This document shows, piece after piece, positions 37,201 to 49,710 of a DNA stretch of 64,000 bases. The stretch comes from Dimorphilus gyrociliatus (Eukaryota > Animalia > Annelida). The notes beneath the pieces are model-generated. The model saw nothing but the letters and a program-made list of their open reading frames with translations. It made no database searches and was not told the origin of the DNA. The position numbers and the translations under genes were made by a program. How positions within the stretch are numbered: position 1 is the stretch's first letter; each line of letters opens with the position of its first letter. The stretch spans positions 124,001 through 188,000 of the forward strand of contig CAJFCJ010000044.1 of assembly GCA_904063045.1 (NCBI GenBank), written 5' to 3'.

Positions 37201-38842
37201 CAGTACCAGCGGTAAGTCACTGTTACACCTCAAAAAAATAATATTTTCTTGATTTTTTCTCTTTCCGTACTTAGAGAATGAAAATGAAGGATATTATTAT
37301 ATTTAGTAATATTCTTCTTATCATTATAGAGAGAAAATATACATTTTTCATTTCAAATCTCTGAATTATTGATATTTTAATGTGGTAGGCCTATTTTCTA
37401 TGGGAGCATAAGTACTTGTTACAATCACAAAAATTACTCTAAAAGAATATTAAAAGTATTTTTTTGTTCTTATTTTGACTGTTATTTACAGGATATTATA
37501 TTTTTTAATGCCTTAATATTTTGTGTGCGTACCCTTAGCTTGTACAACTGCCCTAAGCCTTCTTTCCATTGTCTCATATAAGAATTGAATTTCCAATTCT
37601 GAAATTTTATAAAATTCCTCTCTGAACATCTCCCACAGCTCATCCTTGTTTCTTGGCTTATGTGCCATTAAACGTTTTTTGCATATGCCCCATATTTGCT
37701 CAATTATGTTCAGGTCTGGGCTGTTTGCTGGCCATGGATCCAGTGTTTCTACTCCCTTTCTCTCAAGGTACACTTTTGTTCTGGCTGCTGTATGACAGCT
37801 AGCCCCATCCTGCTGGAAAATTTCCCCTCTCCTATAATTTGGGACAACATGACTGCTCAAAATTTTGACATAATCCAAAGCTGTCATGCGATTAGACACT
37901 AAAGCTAGGCCCCTATCTCCATTGAACTTAATGTAGCCAAACACCATTATATTCCCTCCCCCAAATTTTTCTGTTTTTGTGGTATATTTGGGGTCATTCT
38001 GTTTACCTGGTGGCCTCCTAACAAACTCCCTTCTCCTAGGATACAGCTCAACCTTTGATTCATCAGAAAAAATTACTTTTTTCCAATTTTCAATCCCCCA
38101 GTTTTCTCTCTCTCTGCAGAACTCTTTCCTACTTATTATCTGCCTCTTAGATAAAGCAGGTTTTTTGGCTGCAATTCTCCCATTTAAGTTATTTTTTTGT
38201 AGTACCTGCTTCACTGTTGTTAGAGAAAGAGATATTGGTATACCAGAATTATATAATACCTGATGGGCTGTCCACTTGGGGTTTGATTTAGATGCCCTGG
38301 TAATTTACCTTTCCATCTTTGGTGTCACTTTTTTTGGTCTACCACTTCTTTGCTTATCTTTTATCATTTTTAGCTCTTTAAATTTATTTTTTATATTTTG
38401 TACAGTAGTTGGACTACATTTAAAAAGCTTTGCCACTTTTCGAATGGACATTTCTGGTCTTTGAAGACAATTTAAGATAGAAATTCTTGTTGCTTCAGAT
38501 AGCTTCACCATTTTTATTTTAAATTTGTCAACTGTTAGATTACACATGCACAAACACATAAATGACCTTAAAATCTGGTTAAAAGTGACACTACTCAATG
38601 ATCAGGGTAAATTTTTTGAACATAACTGATGCTTGTGCTTTTCCATAAGTAGGCCTATCACATTAAAGTGATCGTATTTCTGAGAATTTAAATTAAAAAC
38701 ATATATTTTCTTTCTATAATGATAAGAAGAATATTATTAAATATAATAATATCCTTCATTTTCATTCTTTAGGCGCGGAAAGAGAAAAAATCAAGAAAAT
38801 ATTATTTTTTTGAGGTGTAACAGTGACTTACCGCTGGTACTG
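37201..38842 (-). mobile_element. Tc1/mariner transposon with TIRs of about 235 bp and a TA TSD
   Basis: CAGTACCAGCGGTAAGTCACTGTTACACCTC inverted at both ends; TA at 37199-37200 and 38843-38844. Confidence 0.95.
37513..38511 (-). pseudogene. Tc1-family transposase (DD35E) with a single premature TAA
   Basis: MVKLSE..HTH..RSGRPKK, in-frame TAA at 38305-38307, then VIFSDESK, FQQDGASCH and SPDLNIIEQIW. Confidence 0.9.
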
Positions 38843-40139
38843 TATAAGCAATTGTAATTTAAATGAAGAGCAATGCCAACATTTTGGTAATTTTTTAAAT
38901 AATTGCATTCAATTAAAAGATATCAATCTCTCTTGGAATCCAACTACAAATTCATCATTTTCAATAATTTTTCAAGCACTTTTACAATCAAAAGATACTT
39001 TAGAGAAAATTAATATTTCACACTGCCAACTGAATAATGAACAAAGTCAAGTTTTTGGACAAATTATTGAAAATTTATCACAATTGAAAGAAAGTAATTT
39101 ACAAGGAAATAGAAATATGAAAAATGGATTTTTTGTTATTTGTGATGGACTTTTAAAATTAAAGGATAATCTGGTAAATGTCAATATCAATTATTGTTAT
39201 TTATCTAAACAGCAAAGTGAGTATTATGAAAAAATTTTGAACAAGAGTCCTCAAATAAATGGATGTGAACTTTGGGGAAATCCAAATATGAAAAATGCAG
39301 TTTCAAGTGTTTGCTGTTTACTGTAAGCTCTTTCTCTCTCTCACTCTCTATTCATAAAAAATCTATACTTGCTCACTCTTTTATTTCTTATTATTTCCTT
39401 GAATTCTTTAAGGCAGAATTTCTACCAGTTAATTTTCTTGATAGTTATGAATATTGCTGAGGTAAACCCTGTGCTTAAATACATATACAGACATCTATTG
39501 TTTGATTTTTTTCTTTCACTAATTAATACATATATACATTTATATTTGTATAATTTATATGTTACTCTTCATTTTTCTCTATTTTTTTTCCATATTCAAT
39601 CTATTCAATGTGTCGTTTCTATGAGCAAATTAAAAATATTCCTTCAGGGTAGCTGTCTGTTTGGGACAACAGTTCTTCTTCCTTCTCTCTTCCAACTTAA
39701 ATGCCAACAATTATTTCATTACTTTATAACTTTACCTGAGTTAATAATGTACTGCCTCTGCATTTAGCTAAGTTATGCCACTGTACTTCCTCTAATTGAA
39801 TCATTATCCTTGACATTGACATTTCAAAGTTTCAAAATCAGTAAAAAATATACATATTACAAAAGAAAACCGGTATATTATTTTAGTTGGGACATTATCA
39901 CTCAAACACATTTAATTATGTGATGGCTTTGAGTAGTTAAAAAAAATATAATTAAATATTAAAAATATGTACATTATTTTATAAAACAACAAGTAGAATC
40001 TAAGTCTTTTTTTTTAACATTTATTTTTATTAGTTTAGGTCTTTGGCCATTTTCAATCAGAGCCCTGGCCATTGTCACAAAATTTGAAAAAGGTAAAAAA
40101 CTAGATATTTTTAAATATTTGAAACTGAAAGTAAAAAAA

Positions 40140-40721
40140 TGTGGGAAAATTTTCTGTAAGAGGACAGCAGATGTAATCATTTCTAACTTATATTCATCCC
40201 AAACAGCAAATACTTGATTCTGAATTACACTTTTATTCTTGTACTTCTTTAACCTTTTTTTCTGATAGAAGTTTCTCTACAGCTGCAATAAGATTTGATT
40301 CCTGTTTTAAACTGTCTATCAGCAAAAAAAATGACCCTTTTGCAGGTGTCTTGTTCATTCATTCTTCTGTACCATCTTTCAACATCCTTGTTGGTCCTGA
40401 TGACAAGACCAAATACAGACCAACAATCTGGTGTCCAAATGCAATGATTAATCCAAGTACTTTCAACACATAGAAAAAAATCCAAAAATTCATTTCTCTC
40501 AAAACTGCCATTTAAATATGTTAAAACCTATCTTTCACTTATAGACAATACAATGAAATAGTTCATTTTTCTTTTATTGGCATTACATAATTCAGAGAAA
40601 ACTGGAAAAAAGTTACAATTATATATTTTAATTAAAGCAAACAGGATAGAGAAATTTATTTTAGATTCATATTAACAATAATTATGTATAGAACATTTCT
40701 GGATGTTTTTTCCCAATCCCC
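40140..40721 (-). mobile_element. Truncated deletion derivative of MULE family A
   Basis: 40140-40510 matches 24010-24365; 40545-40620 matches 26200-26275; one terminus GGGGATTGGGAAAAAACATCC. Confidence 0.75.
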
Positions 40722-41424
40722 TTTAACCTAACCCTTTGTTCTAAATACAACAAATATACAATTGTCTTTAGTAGTCTTTAGAACAAACTTCCAGGCTAAA
40801 TATCTCCAATTCGAAGCCCACGATTTTTTTTAATTTTTAATTTGTTCTTTTAGTCAGATGTCATAAGGCTATCTTCTGAAAATAAATATAATTGTGAGCT
40901 CAGGAATTCTGCTATAGGTCCAAATGCCAAAAAAAGGCAACTTTTTCAATTTACACCTCAAACATGTGCTTTAGTTTAAAATTTCAAAGTTTTGAATTCA
41001 AATTATTAGTGTTGTGCTTCAAGAAGTGGCTATTACTGATTGTGCTAATCCCTAACCTAAACTCTAACCCTGCATCCTATAAATTTTTTTTTTCTAACAA
41101 TAGTATTTCGTAAACACATCAGTTAAATCAGTTGTTGTGGAAGCCTTTCAGATCATTTTTTTTTGTTCAAATAGCTCTTTTCAAAGTGATGTTTTATAAC
41201 ATTACCAGGAAGATATGAAAATTATTAGTTAGGCATATATGTACAACTTAGCATAGTCAACTAAAAAGGAACCCTCCTACAACCCTAACTTTAAGGTGAT
41301 AAAAAACTGGGTCTAATGTGTAAGATCCTAGGTCCAACACTTATCATTCCTGGTGTTAGGCTGTTTTGCTCAAAAGTATCTTAAAAGATTAAATTCAAAA
41401 ATGTTATATTCTCAATCATGAACA

Positions 41425-44400
41425 CTAATTGTATTGTGTATCAAACAGTGTCATAAATTTACCAAAGCTATAAATATCCTTCATTTCACATTGATGATCT
41501 TTAATATATAATTTTTCAATATGTAAATAAAAAGAATTTCCCTATAATGAATAAAAAAAATCATAAAATTGGGGAAAATTTTTTCAAATTTGAAAAAAAA
41601 CAAAAAACCTGAAAGAAGATAGTATTTAATGTAATGTTGCCATTAACAGACAAATTATTTTTGTGTAAACTATTAATTGCTTTTAAAATATCAATTGAAC
41701 ATTTACGAAAATGTTTATTGGATGATAATCTTTTCATTGATTTGATTTTCATAAACTTTTTGTTCAGACCTGATGATAACAAACCATTTTTTCTCTGCTG
41801 TTCAAAAAATGATATTACTAGAAAATGTAAAAAAAAATCCATTATTTGGATAATAATTTTTTAACAAGAGAATTTTGTTATTTATATTACAGCATGTCAG
41901 AGTTTCTCGAGTTATTTTGTGTATCATATTTTCCCTTTCTGTTCTTTGTTGAACTTGACTTCTCCACAAAAATTCAAAATGTAGGATAATTATTGGATTT
42001 ATTATTGCATTCAGGGGAATGATTATAATAATGATCCAACTGTAAATATCACTTTTTACATCTACATTGATAGAAAATGATATTAAACCTATCAAGAAAA
42101 ATTTATTAGAGTTGAATATCGAATGTAAAATGAATGTAAATTTATTAACCAATCAGCATTATTGGTAGAAAGCTTAACAAATTCAAAAGAATTAGGAGAG
42201 TAGACTTTTTGTTTAATTCATAATTCAGAGAATCTTGATTTATAGATGTTTTCTCTTCTTTTCCAATGGCACGACTCCAAAAGTATAAAAGTAGTCTTGT
42301 TAAACTGAATAGTATTTCAAGTAGTACAAAAAATGAAATTGAAAATTTCCAAACAAAATCATGTTCCCTTGTGAGTAGTATATTAAAACAGGTTGGTGAT
42401 TGGCTAAAGGTATTCTGAAGAGGAAGATATAAAGATATTTTTCATTAAGAAATGCCGTATCTCTATGCTAAACAATTGTCAATCATTTACACTTGAAATC
42501 TAAGCTCCTCCCTTCCACATAGATTTTACATAAAAAATTAATTAAAAGGTAAAAGATTTACCTTTGAAAATAAAATGGGCGAAAATGAAACGAAAAGAAA
42601 TACAACAACCGCCAAAACGATTTTACCAATCTTGTAACTTGTCAATAAGAATCCTTTTAAGCGAATTTTGATTTTAGAACATTTTCCTATTTTTGTAAAT
42701 AGATGAGTATAGGATGACATTAATATGGAAAAATTCATAAAAACTCCCAAAAATTGACAGGAAGTACCCGTTCTCCAATTTTTATCTTCTTTAAAGTAGC
42801 TTTCTTTGTAATAGAGATCTACAAAACCTATACAACTCATAGATGAGCATATAAAAAAATCACTCAAGTTTAACAATATCAGTAGATAGCTTTTCCTGTT
42901 TCTAATTAGGATTGTACTGAGTGAAAAAATATTTAAAAAGCATCCAAATAGGCCTATAATCCAATAGATTATCCTCTTAAAAGTTGATTTTAATAAACTT
43001 GAACAGTAATTAATTGTTATTGTTTTAGTTTTGCATTTAATTTTTCTATGAAATTGTCTGTGCAGAAAACAACAAAATGTCTTCATTTTAGTTTCAACAT
43101 ATAGAATTTTAACTAAATTTGTTGTCATGTATAGTTGAAATTCTATTGGAATTTCAGTATTGTAAGCATATAAATAATGCAAATTTCTTAAATTGTTAAA
43201 TGAATTTTTCTCCATTATTTTAAAATTTAAATTTGTTATATTTAAAATATTTAAATTTGGATTTGTTTTAAAATCATTTTCAAAGATTTTCTCTATTTTT
43301 GTTTTTGAAATATCTAAAATTTCTAAATATTTACAATTTAAATTCTTTAAAAATGATAGAGAAATTAATGGGTTTTTTGAGATTCTTAAATCTCTGAGTA
43401 GTGTCAGTTTTCTTTTTAAAATGAAAAACTTTCCAGTAATACCATTGTTTGAAAGGTGTAGAAATATTAAATTTGGAAAATACCAGTTTTTATTATCATT
43501 CTTAAAATATTCCTCATTATTTTCAATTTGTAAATAATTTAAAGATGTAGAATTTATTAAACTAAATTTTTTATCATAAATTTGGCCGAAAATTTGAATT
43601 TTTTTAAATTTCGATAAATTTTCAATATTTTCATTTGTTGATTTTTCTCTATTTTTATCATCAGCGTGTTGATAATGAAAATTACAAAGTAGGCTGAGTA
43701 GATTCATCTGTTGACAGACACCATAATCAACGGATATTGGATGTTTGCAATAGAGTTCATCACTTCCATCCAAACAATGTAATTTTCTATCGCAAACTTG
43801 ATCTTTGTATAGAAATGTTGATTCGTTGTGGCATTTAAAAAATCCAGGCAATTCAAATGTTTCTATTAAACGAAGAGTGAAATTATTCTGGTTGTTTAGG
43901 TCAAAAATTTGTATATAATCCAACCACAGTTTACTTCATCGTCTCCTTGGAAACATTGATTAATACCATCACATATTAGATTTATGGAAATGCAATAACC
44001 TTCGCGATGACATAGATATTGACCTTTTGGGCAATTTTGTAAATTACAAAATTGGTCCGTTTGAAATAATCCAGTTTTAGGAAAGCCCATAGTTGTTGTT
44101 GTATAAAAACACTTATTATCGTCCATTTGACTGCTACAACTTGACCTTGTTGAACTATCAAAATCTTCCTCATTTTCACTAAAACAATCTCGTTTGTTGT
44201 CTAATTGATAGAAGCAAGGTAGACAGTGAATTTCGCATCTTATTTGGTGAATAGGATTACAACCTTTTAGAAAGAGAAACAAAAATTAAGCCTACAATCA
44301 TAAACCCTAAACAATTCAGCCAATAGCCATTGAAAGAGGATTTTTACACTGGTTATTGGTTGATTCTTAATCATACCCGTTTGATATATGTCAATCATCG

Positions 44401-45040
44401 ATGATGATCTATCAAAGCAAATTTCATCTTCCTCATTGAAACAATTTCTTTCATTGTCGCAAACTTCTGATTTTTTAATGCATTCATTGGAAAATGTACA
44501 TTTTCTATAGGAGAGTTTAATGAGAAATTCATAAGAAAGTAGCTAAAGTACTAATTACACTTCATCGTCCAAACAAACATCGAAAACTGAAAGAATATAG
44601 AATGATATACAAGTAAAAAAATAAAAGGAGAATAGATACCGCAAAATTTCTCATCGGATTGATCCTCACAATCGACTCTATGATTACAAACTAATAGAAA
44701 ATTAATTGAGTAATTTGTTGAAATACATTTGAATCTGTGAAGATTTTGATTGATGCAAAATTGTTGATTATCTTCAGATATGCAACCATCATTCATATCG
44801 CAATAAAACGCAATATTAACAAAATATTGTTGCTTTTCGCATAAAATACTATTCTTTGGATAAGTTAAATTCATTGATGATGTTTGTATCAACTTTAAAT
44901 AAGGTTCTTCAATGGCTGCATAAATAGAAATACAATAATTCTTTTCTTTTTTAATAGAATACATAGTCCGCCATTTTTTAAGGCGATGTTGATAAACGCC
45001 CATTTTGGAGTCTTTGGGATATGGAAGGCTACCTACACCC
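41425..45040 (-). CDS. GRL101-like receptor: about six LDLa repeats, LRRs, 7TM, and a spliced kinase-like C-terminal tail; true 5' end not visible
   Basis: LDLa (VCNHRVDCEDQSDEKFC, ICDGINQCFQGDDEVNC, VCDRKLHCLDGSDELYC), LRRs (LHLSNN, LDISKT), hinge CSSLLKS, TM7 IPLNAIINPII; tail exons 41609-41817 and 41425-41541 splice in frame. Confidence 0.82.
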
Positions 45041-45243
45041 TGGCTTATATACAAATAAACACTTACTGTTGTTGTCAACATGCCTGGTTATGTAACACTT
45101 CATCTTTTGCCTATAAAAGGGATGGATTCTGGTGTTAGTTGGGTACCATCTAGCCTAGAGGCAACATCTACTCTAATACTTCTACCATATGGTAAGTATC
45201 ATTTATATCATATCTATAAACTACTATAATTCATAAGTGCACA
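45041..45243 (-). mobile_element. LTR-like repeat family X, solo and internally deleted
   Basis: TGTGCACTTATG...TATATAAGCCA; colinear with 13348-13649 minus about 130 bp. Confidence 0.7.
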
Positions 45244-45244
45244 C

Positions 45245-45360
45245 AATTGATTTGTAATTAAGTAGGTCCAAACTAAGGGTTAGCGACAATGAAGAGGTTG
45301 AAACAGGGTCTAGGGCTAGGTAAAACCATAAAAAATTGTGGGCGTTTACAACAACATCAA
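45245..45360 (+). repeat. Telomere-motif-bearing repeat family Y
   Basis: Aligns with 57470-57595. Confidence 0.7.
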
Positions 45361-45835
45361 CCATTTTCATCTAAATTTTATGTTTATAGTTTAAATTCAA
45401 AAAACAATATGGCGGTACTTTTAAAATTCTATTATTAGGTTAACTTTGAATTTTTTGACAAATTCTTTTAAATCCCTTAATATCATGACAAGATATTGAA
45501 TTGGAGAAAAAGAGTTCAATATCTGATATCTTTTTTTTGAAAAATTATTCGAATTAGATAAGATATTTTTGGCAATTTGCCAGATTTTATTTTTATAACC
45601 AACCCATGATCCATCTTCTTTATCTTTGTAATTATGTGTCTATTATCAAAAGAAGTCTTTGATTATTAGGCGTTAATGAATTAACTATGATTTTGTCAGC
45701 AGGACAATGACATTGAAAAATGGCCACCTTTTATTTTGGTATGAAAATCTTAAAAGAAAGTTGATTGAATGGCCATTTTTCAACGAAACTTTAATTTACG
45801 TTGTATTCCAAATGATAGCACTGATCCTGGAGTTT

Positions 45836-45845
45836 NNNNNNNNNN
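45836..45845. other. Assembly gap (10 N); a further single N lies at 56957
   Basis: N characters in the sequence. Confidence 1.
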
Positions 45846-46050
45846 ACATATTCTTTGGATGAAATACTGGTATTTTGTTGGTTAATTTCTACCAAAATTA
45901 CTTTTATTAAGGCTACTTGTGGAAGAACTTGAATGGTTCTACTAGGACCAGTACTTTGGTGAATTGGTAAATGATTGGAAAGGACCAATACAGTTGTGAC
46001 GAACCAGATATTCCTACAATTTCAATACAACAAAGTACAGTCATTCATCT
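45846..46050 (-). repeat. Unclassified repeat family W
   Basis: Matches 23335-23420, 29880-29990 and the reverse complement of 50670-50870. Confidence 0.75.
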
Positions 46051-46344
46051 TTTCAATGCTCTTTGCAAGGTTGACAGAAAATATCCACAAAGGAGAAATT
46101 TGAAGGATAGATTTTGGAATGAAAAATGACTAGGAACAAGAAGATAGTATCTGATTTATACTGAGGAGGATTTTTTCCAAGGGTTAGGGGTAATGGAAAA
46201 GGCAAGGTGAAGCGAAGGGTTGAGTTAGGGTTCTAAACTGGGCTGAATTGCAGTAAAATATTCTGAAGTTCTAACCAAAATGTCCTGGGTCCAAATGTTA
46301 CTGCAGGTTTCTTTTGCGCAACAGCTTTCAAACAACTTTTTAGC

Positions 46345-46470
46345 CTTTCTTCTTTACCATGTTCTTCATTTAAATAACATTTTGATAAATCAAGATTATT
46401 TAATATCTTTGCTGATTTTTGAAATCCTTCACATATATGGAGAAATCTTCTTCCCATTTCATCATTATCT
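46345..46470 (-). pseudogene. RNI-type LRR fragment
   Basis: MGRRFLHICEGFQKSAKILNNLDLSKCYLNEEHGKE, the same repeat as 46905-48281. Confidence 0.65.
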
Positions 46471-46904
46471 GTTAAATTTATTATTTCTATTTTAGAAACC
46501 CTTTAGAATGAATTCAGTTTAAAATAATAACAATGTAATAACGAAACACTAGAGTTTGGCCAATAGAATATCTATTGAATAAAATGTGTTTCCAATAGTT
46601 CAGGTTTGTCTATGATTGGGGATTTGAGAAATCAGGAACTTTTTGTTGACTGTATAAATATATATTATGTTAAAATAATTTTATCAAAGTTTATCAGCAC
46701 AGTAGATAGTTCATAGTAGCAGAATGCCAAATGACTAAACTAGTATCCAATATGAAACTGAAGAATGCATGTTTTGTTTCAGATTGTTTTCAGATAATCT
46801 TTTCACATGATATTTAGTGATGATCAAACCAATTTCACATAGAACATGAAATCCTAACCACCAGTTGAGAATAAAGTTCATACAGTTGCATCACAAAAAA
46901 TAGA

Positions 46905-48281
46905 TTACCAGAAAAAGATATTTCCTCTCCTAAAAGAATGATTATACAAAATTTTATTCAACATTTCACTTTCATTTTTATTTAAAAGACAATAATTGAA
47001 ATCAGCCATTTCTAAAGAGTTTAATGATTGTTGAAGTCCTATACAAATATCATGAAGCCCATCATCCATTGATATATTGAATCCAAAAGTAAATGTTTTT
47101 ATTTGAAAGCAGTTCTTAAGCAATTTTGCCAAATATTTACATTGGTCAGTATTCAAAGAGAGCTGAGAAAAATTAAGATTCTTTAAAGTTTTGGATGATT
47201 GTTGAAGACCTTCACAAACATCAGAAAATCCACAGCCCATGTCTTGCAATCCACTTAAATCTATTTCTTCTAATTTAAAACAATTTGTAAGAAGGTCTCC
47301 CAATTTTTTACTGTGTTCTCCATTCAAACCACAGTTACCCAAATTAAGATTTCTTAAAACAAATGATGACTGATGAAGTCCTTTAAAGATATCAAAATAT
47401 CCATCTGCCAAATCAGAATTGCCTCCTATTGATAATTCTTCTATTTTAAAACAAATTGAAAGCAAATTGCCCAGCTCTTTCCCATGTTCTGCATTTAAAC
47501 CACACTCATACAAATCAAGACTCTTTAAAGTGTTGCATGAGTGTTTTAGACCTTCAAAGATCTTAAAAAAATGAAATGGCATATTAGGATTTCCACATAA
47601 ATCTATTCTTTCAACTTTCTCACAAATTAAAAGCAAGATACCTAATTTTTTACCTTGCTGTTCATTTAAATCACAAAACAGCAAACTAAGTTTCTTTAAA
47701 GTCTTTGCAGAGTTTTGAAGTCCTTCACATATATCAAAAAATCCATTTCCCATCTCAGTATTAAATGCAAAATCTAATGTTTCTATATTAGAACAATTTT
47801 TTAGCAAATACCCCAACTTTTTACATTGATCTTCATTCAAATCACATTTATATAAATCAAGACACTTGAGAGTGTTTGCTGATTGTTGAAGTCCTTCACA
47901 AATATCAAAAAATCCATTTTCCATCTCATTACTATATGCTAGATCAATTTCTTCCATTTTAAAACACTTTGAGAGCAAATTTCCCAAATTTTTACAATGT
48001 TTGTCATTCAAATTGCACCTAAAAAAACCAAAACACTTTAAAGTAGTTGATGATTGTTGAAGTCCTTTGCATATATCAAAAAATTCATTGGACATAAGGT
48101 AATTATTTCCTAAATCAATTTTTTCTATTTTGAAACACTCTGAAAGCAAATTCCCTATCTTTTTACATTGCTCTTCATTCAACTTACAATTTGAGAAACA
48201 AACATTTTTTAATGTGTTTGATGATTTTTCAAGTCCTTTGCAAATATTCAAGAATCTATTTTCCATTTGTTTTTTTAACAA
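46905..48281 (-). CDS. RNI-type LRR-only ORF with alternating 28/29-aa repeats, probably 5'-truncated
   Basis: Units LKCxxLxxCxLNxxxCKxLGxLLxxCxK (28 aa) and IEEIDLxxNxxMxxGFFDICEGLQQSSxT (29 aa); the ORF begins mid-repeat. Confidence 0.85.
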   Translation of the reverse strand: MLKKQMENRFLNICKGLEKSSNTLKNVCFSNCKLNEEQCKKIGNLLSECFKIEKIDLGNNYLMSNEFFDICKGLQQSSTTLKCFGFFRCNLNDKHCKNLGNLLSKCFKMEEIDLAYSNEMENGFFDICEGLQQSANTLKCLDLYKCDLNEDQCKKLGYLLKNCSNIETLDFAFNTEMGNGFFDICEGLQNSAKTLKKLSLLFCDLNEQQGKKLGILLLICEKVERIDLCGNPNMPFHFFKIFEGLKHSCNTLKSLDLYECGLNAEHGKELGNLLSICFKIEELSIGGNSDLADGYFDIFKGLHQSSFVLRNLNLGNCGLNGEHSKKLGDLLTNCFKLEEIDLSGLQDMGCGFSDVCEGLQQSSKTLKNLNFSQLSLNTDQCKYLAKLLKNCFQIKTFTFGFNISMDDGLHDICIGLQQSLNSLEMADFNYCLLNKNESEMLNKILYNHSFRRGNIFFW

Positions 48282-49367
48282 TCACTATAATTTAATATTT
48301 ATGGTTATGATTGTGGTTAAAAGTATGGGTTTATGGTTCTAACAATAGTTTTAATGGTGGTTTTAAGATTAGTCTTTGATAGGCATATAAAACAATTGTT
48401 AAGCAAAAGGTAGTGAGTGAAAAACTTGACTGTAAGAATCTGTTATTTACATATTATATTAAAATATCAGTATGCAAATTAATAATAATTCAATTATCTT
48501 GAATCAAGAAAATGTGAACAACCTATATCTAGAATTTGAAAATGATTGATCCAATTAGCTTCATTTTTTGATAACCTCTAATGGTGTATTTAAAGTTTGA
48601 AGAAAAGGGTAAGATTTGTATTTACCCAATCTGTGCTTACCAAACCCTGTTTCTAAGTACATAGTCCAAGTTTTGAGAAGTCTAACTGGTAGTATCTACC
48701 GGATACTATTCAAAACACTTGCCCATTATCCAAAGCAGGAGTAAATTATCTTCAGTATTGTGTGAGTGTGTAATTTTTTGTCTTATTTCTAAGCTAACCA
48801 TAAAAGTATTTAAACTCTACAAATTTCACACTTCCTGGCTTTGTTTTTATAATTACTTGCATACAATTAAAAGGTCATATAATTGTATATTAATTGTTGA
48901 ACAATTGTACTGCTCTAGGCCTTTATTCAAAATGTGAAAATAATTCAATATTGGAGAATATTGGAGACTTGAATCAGAGCCAAAAGTATTAACTGCAGAA
49001 AAAGCAGGTCATAGGAAATCATTTTTCAGATGTTCACTTGTGTTCAATGACCTTAAGATTATTGGTGCTAAGATTTTCAATGAATGTGTTAATATAGGAA
49101 TTTGTTGTTAAATGTGACTAGTCAAAAATTGAGTGTTTAGTCAAAAACATATTTATTAAGTAAAACGCAAAGAGTCAGGTTAATCATAAAGAAAACTTGT
49201 AATTAAAGTATCTTTTATATCAGTGAAAAAAGGGAGAGAACAATACCAATTGAGTACTATCTATCTATAGTGAAATGGAGTAGAGAAATGCACATAGACA
49301 TTGTATAAGACAATGTGCTGCAGTAGGAAAAGAGAAACCCGTGTTTTCTTGTTTTGAAAATCAAGTC

Positions 49368-49490
49368 TGTACACTTATGAACTATAGTTAATAGATATGA
49401 CATGAATGATACTTACCATATTATAGAAGTATTAGAGTAGATGTTGCCTCTAGGTTAGATGGTACTCAACTTGGTACAACTACAGCATAT
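49368..49490 (+). repeat. LTR-like repeat family X, partial copy in the opposite orientation
   Basis: TGTACACTTATGAACTATAGTTAATAGATATG..GATGTTGCCTCTAGG. Confidence 0.75.
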
Positions 49491-49499
49491 CCTACTATA

Positions 49500-49710
49500 A
49501 AATCAATAGATATTCCTGCAAATGCTTTTGGAGATACTCACTTTTCACAGGTAATATCTGATTTTACAACAAAAACATCCAAGACTGTTTGTTATGGTGT
49601 CACTGGGAAAACCTGGGCAGACTATTTATATATTTTCTACTGACAATGGGAAAATCAAAGTTTTTGGCAAATTACTTGATGACTATTACATGCATCTCAT
49701 TGAGATAGAT
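49500..49710 (+). pseudogene. Degenerate ITIH-C-like fragment paralogous to 20869-21218
   Basis: FGDTHFSQVISDFTTKTSKTVCYGVTG..GKIKVFGKL versus DGDPHFQQYIFD..SICYDVTG. Confidence 0.4.

Larger units (their letters stand above)
35662..39326 (+). pseudogene. TRIM-like RING + B-box + coiled-coil + RNI-type LRR gene, disrupted by a stop, frameshifts and a Tc1 insertion
   Basis: CAICLDPW..PRILLCGHTFCFECL..CPHC (RING, TGA at 35839-35841); CKIHGKEISLYCKTH..LCSNC..NH (B-box); helical KMRQDFQKLKLEFNEIL; LRRs xxIDLSGN/NCxL continue across the Tc1. Confidence 0.85.

Noticed and set aside
39369-39767. 132-aa hydrophobic ORF
   Set aside because: Low-complexity T-rich DNA with no recognisable domain or splice structure
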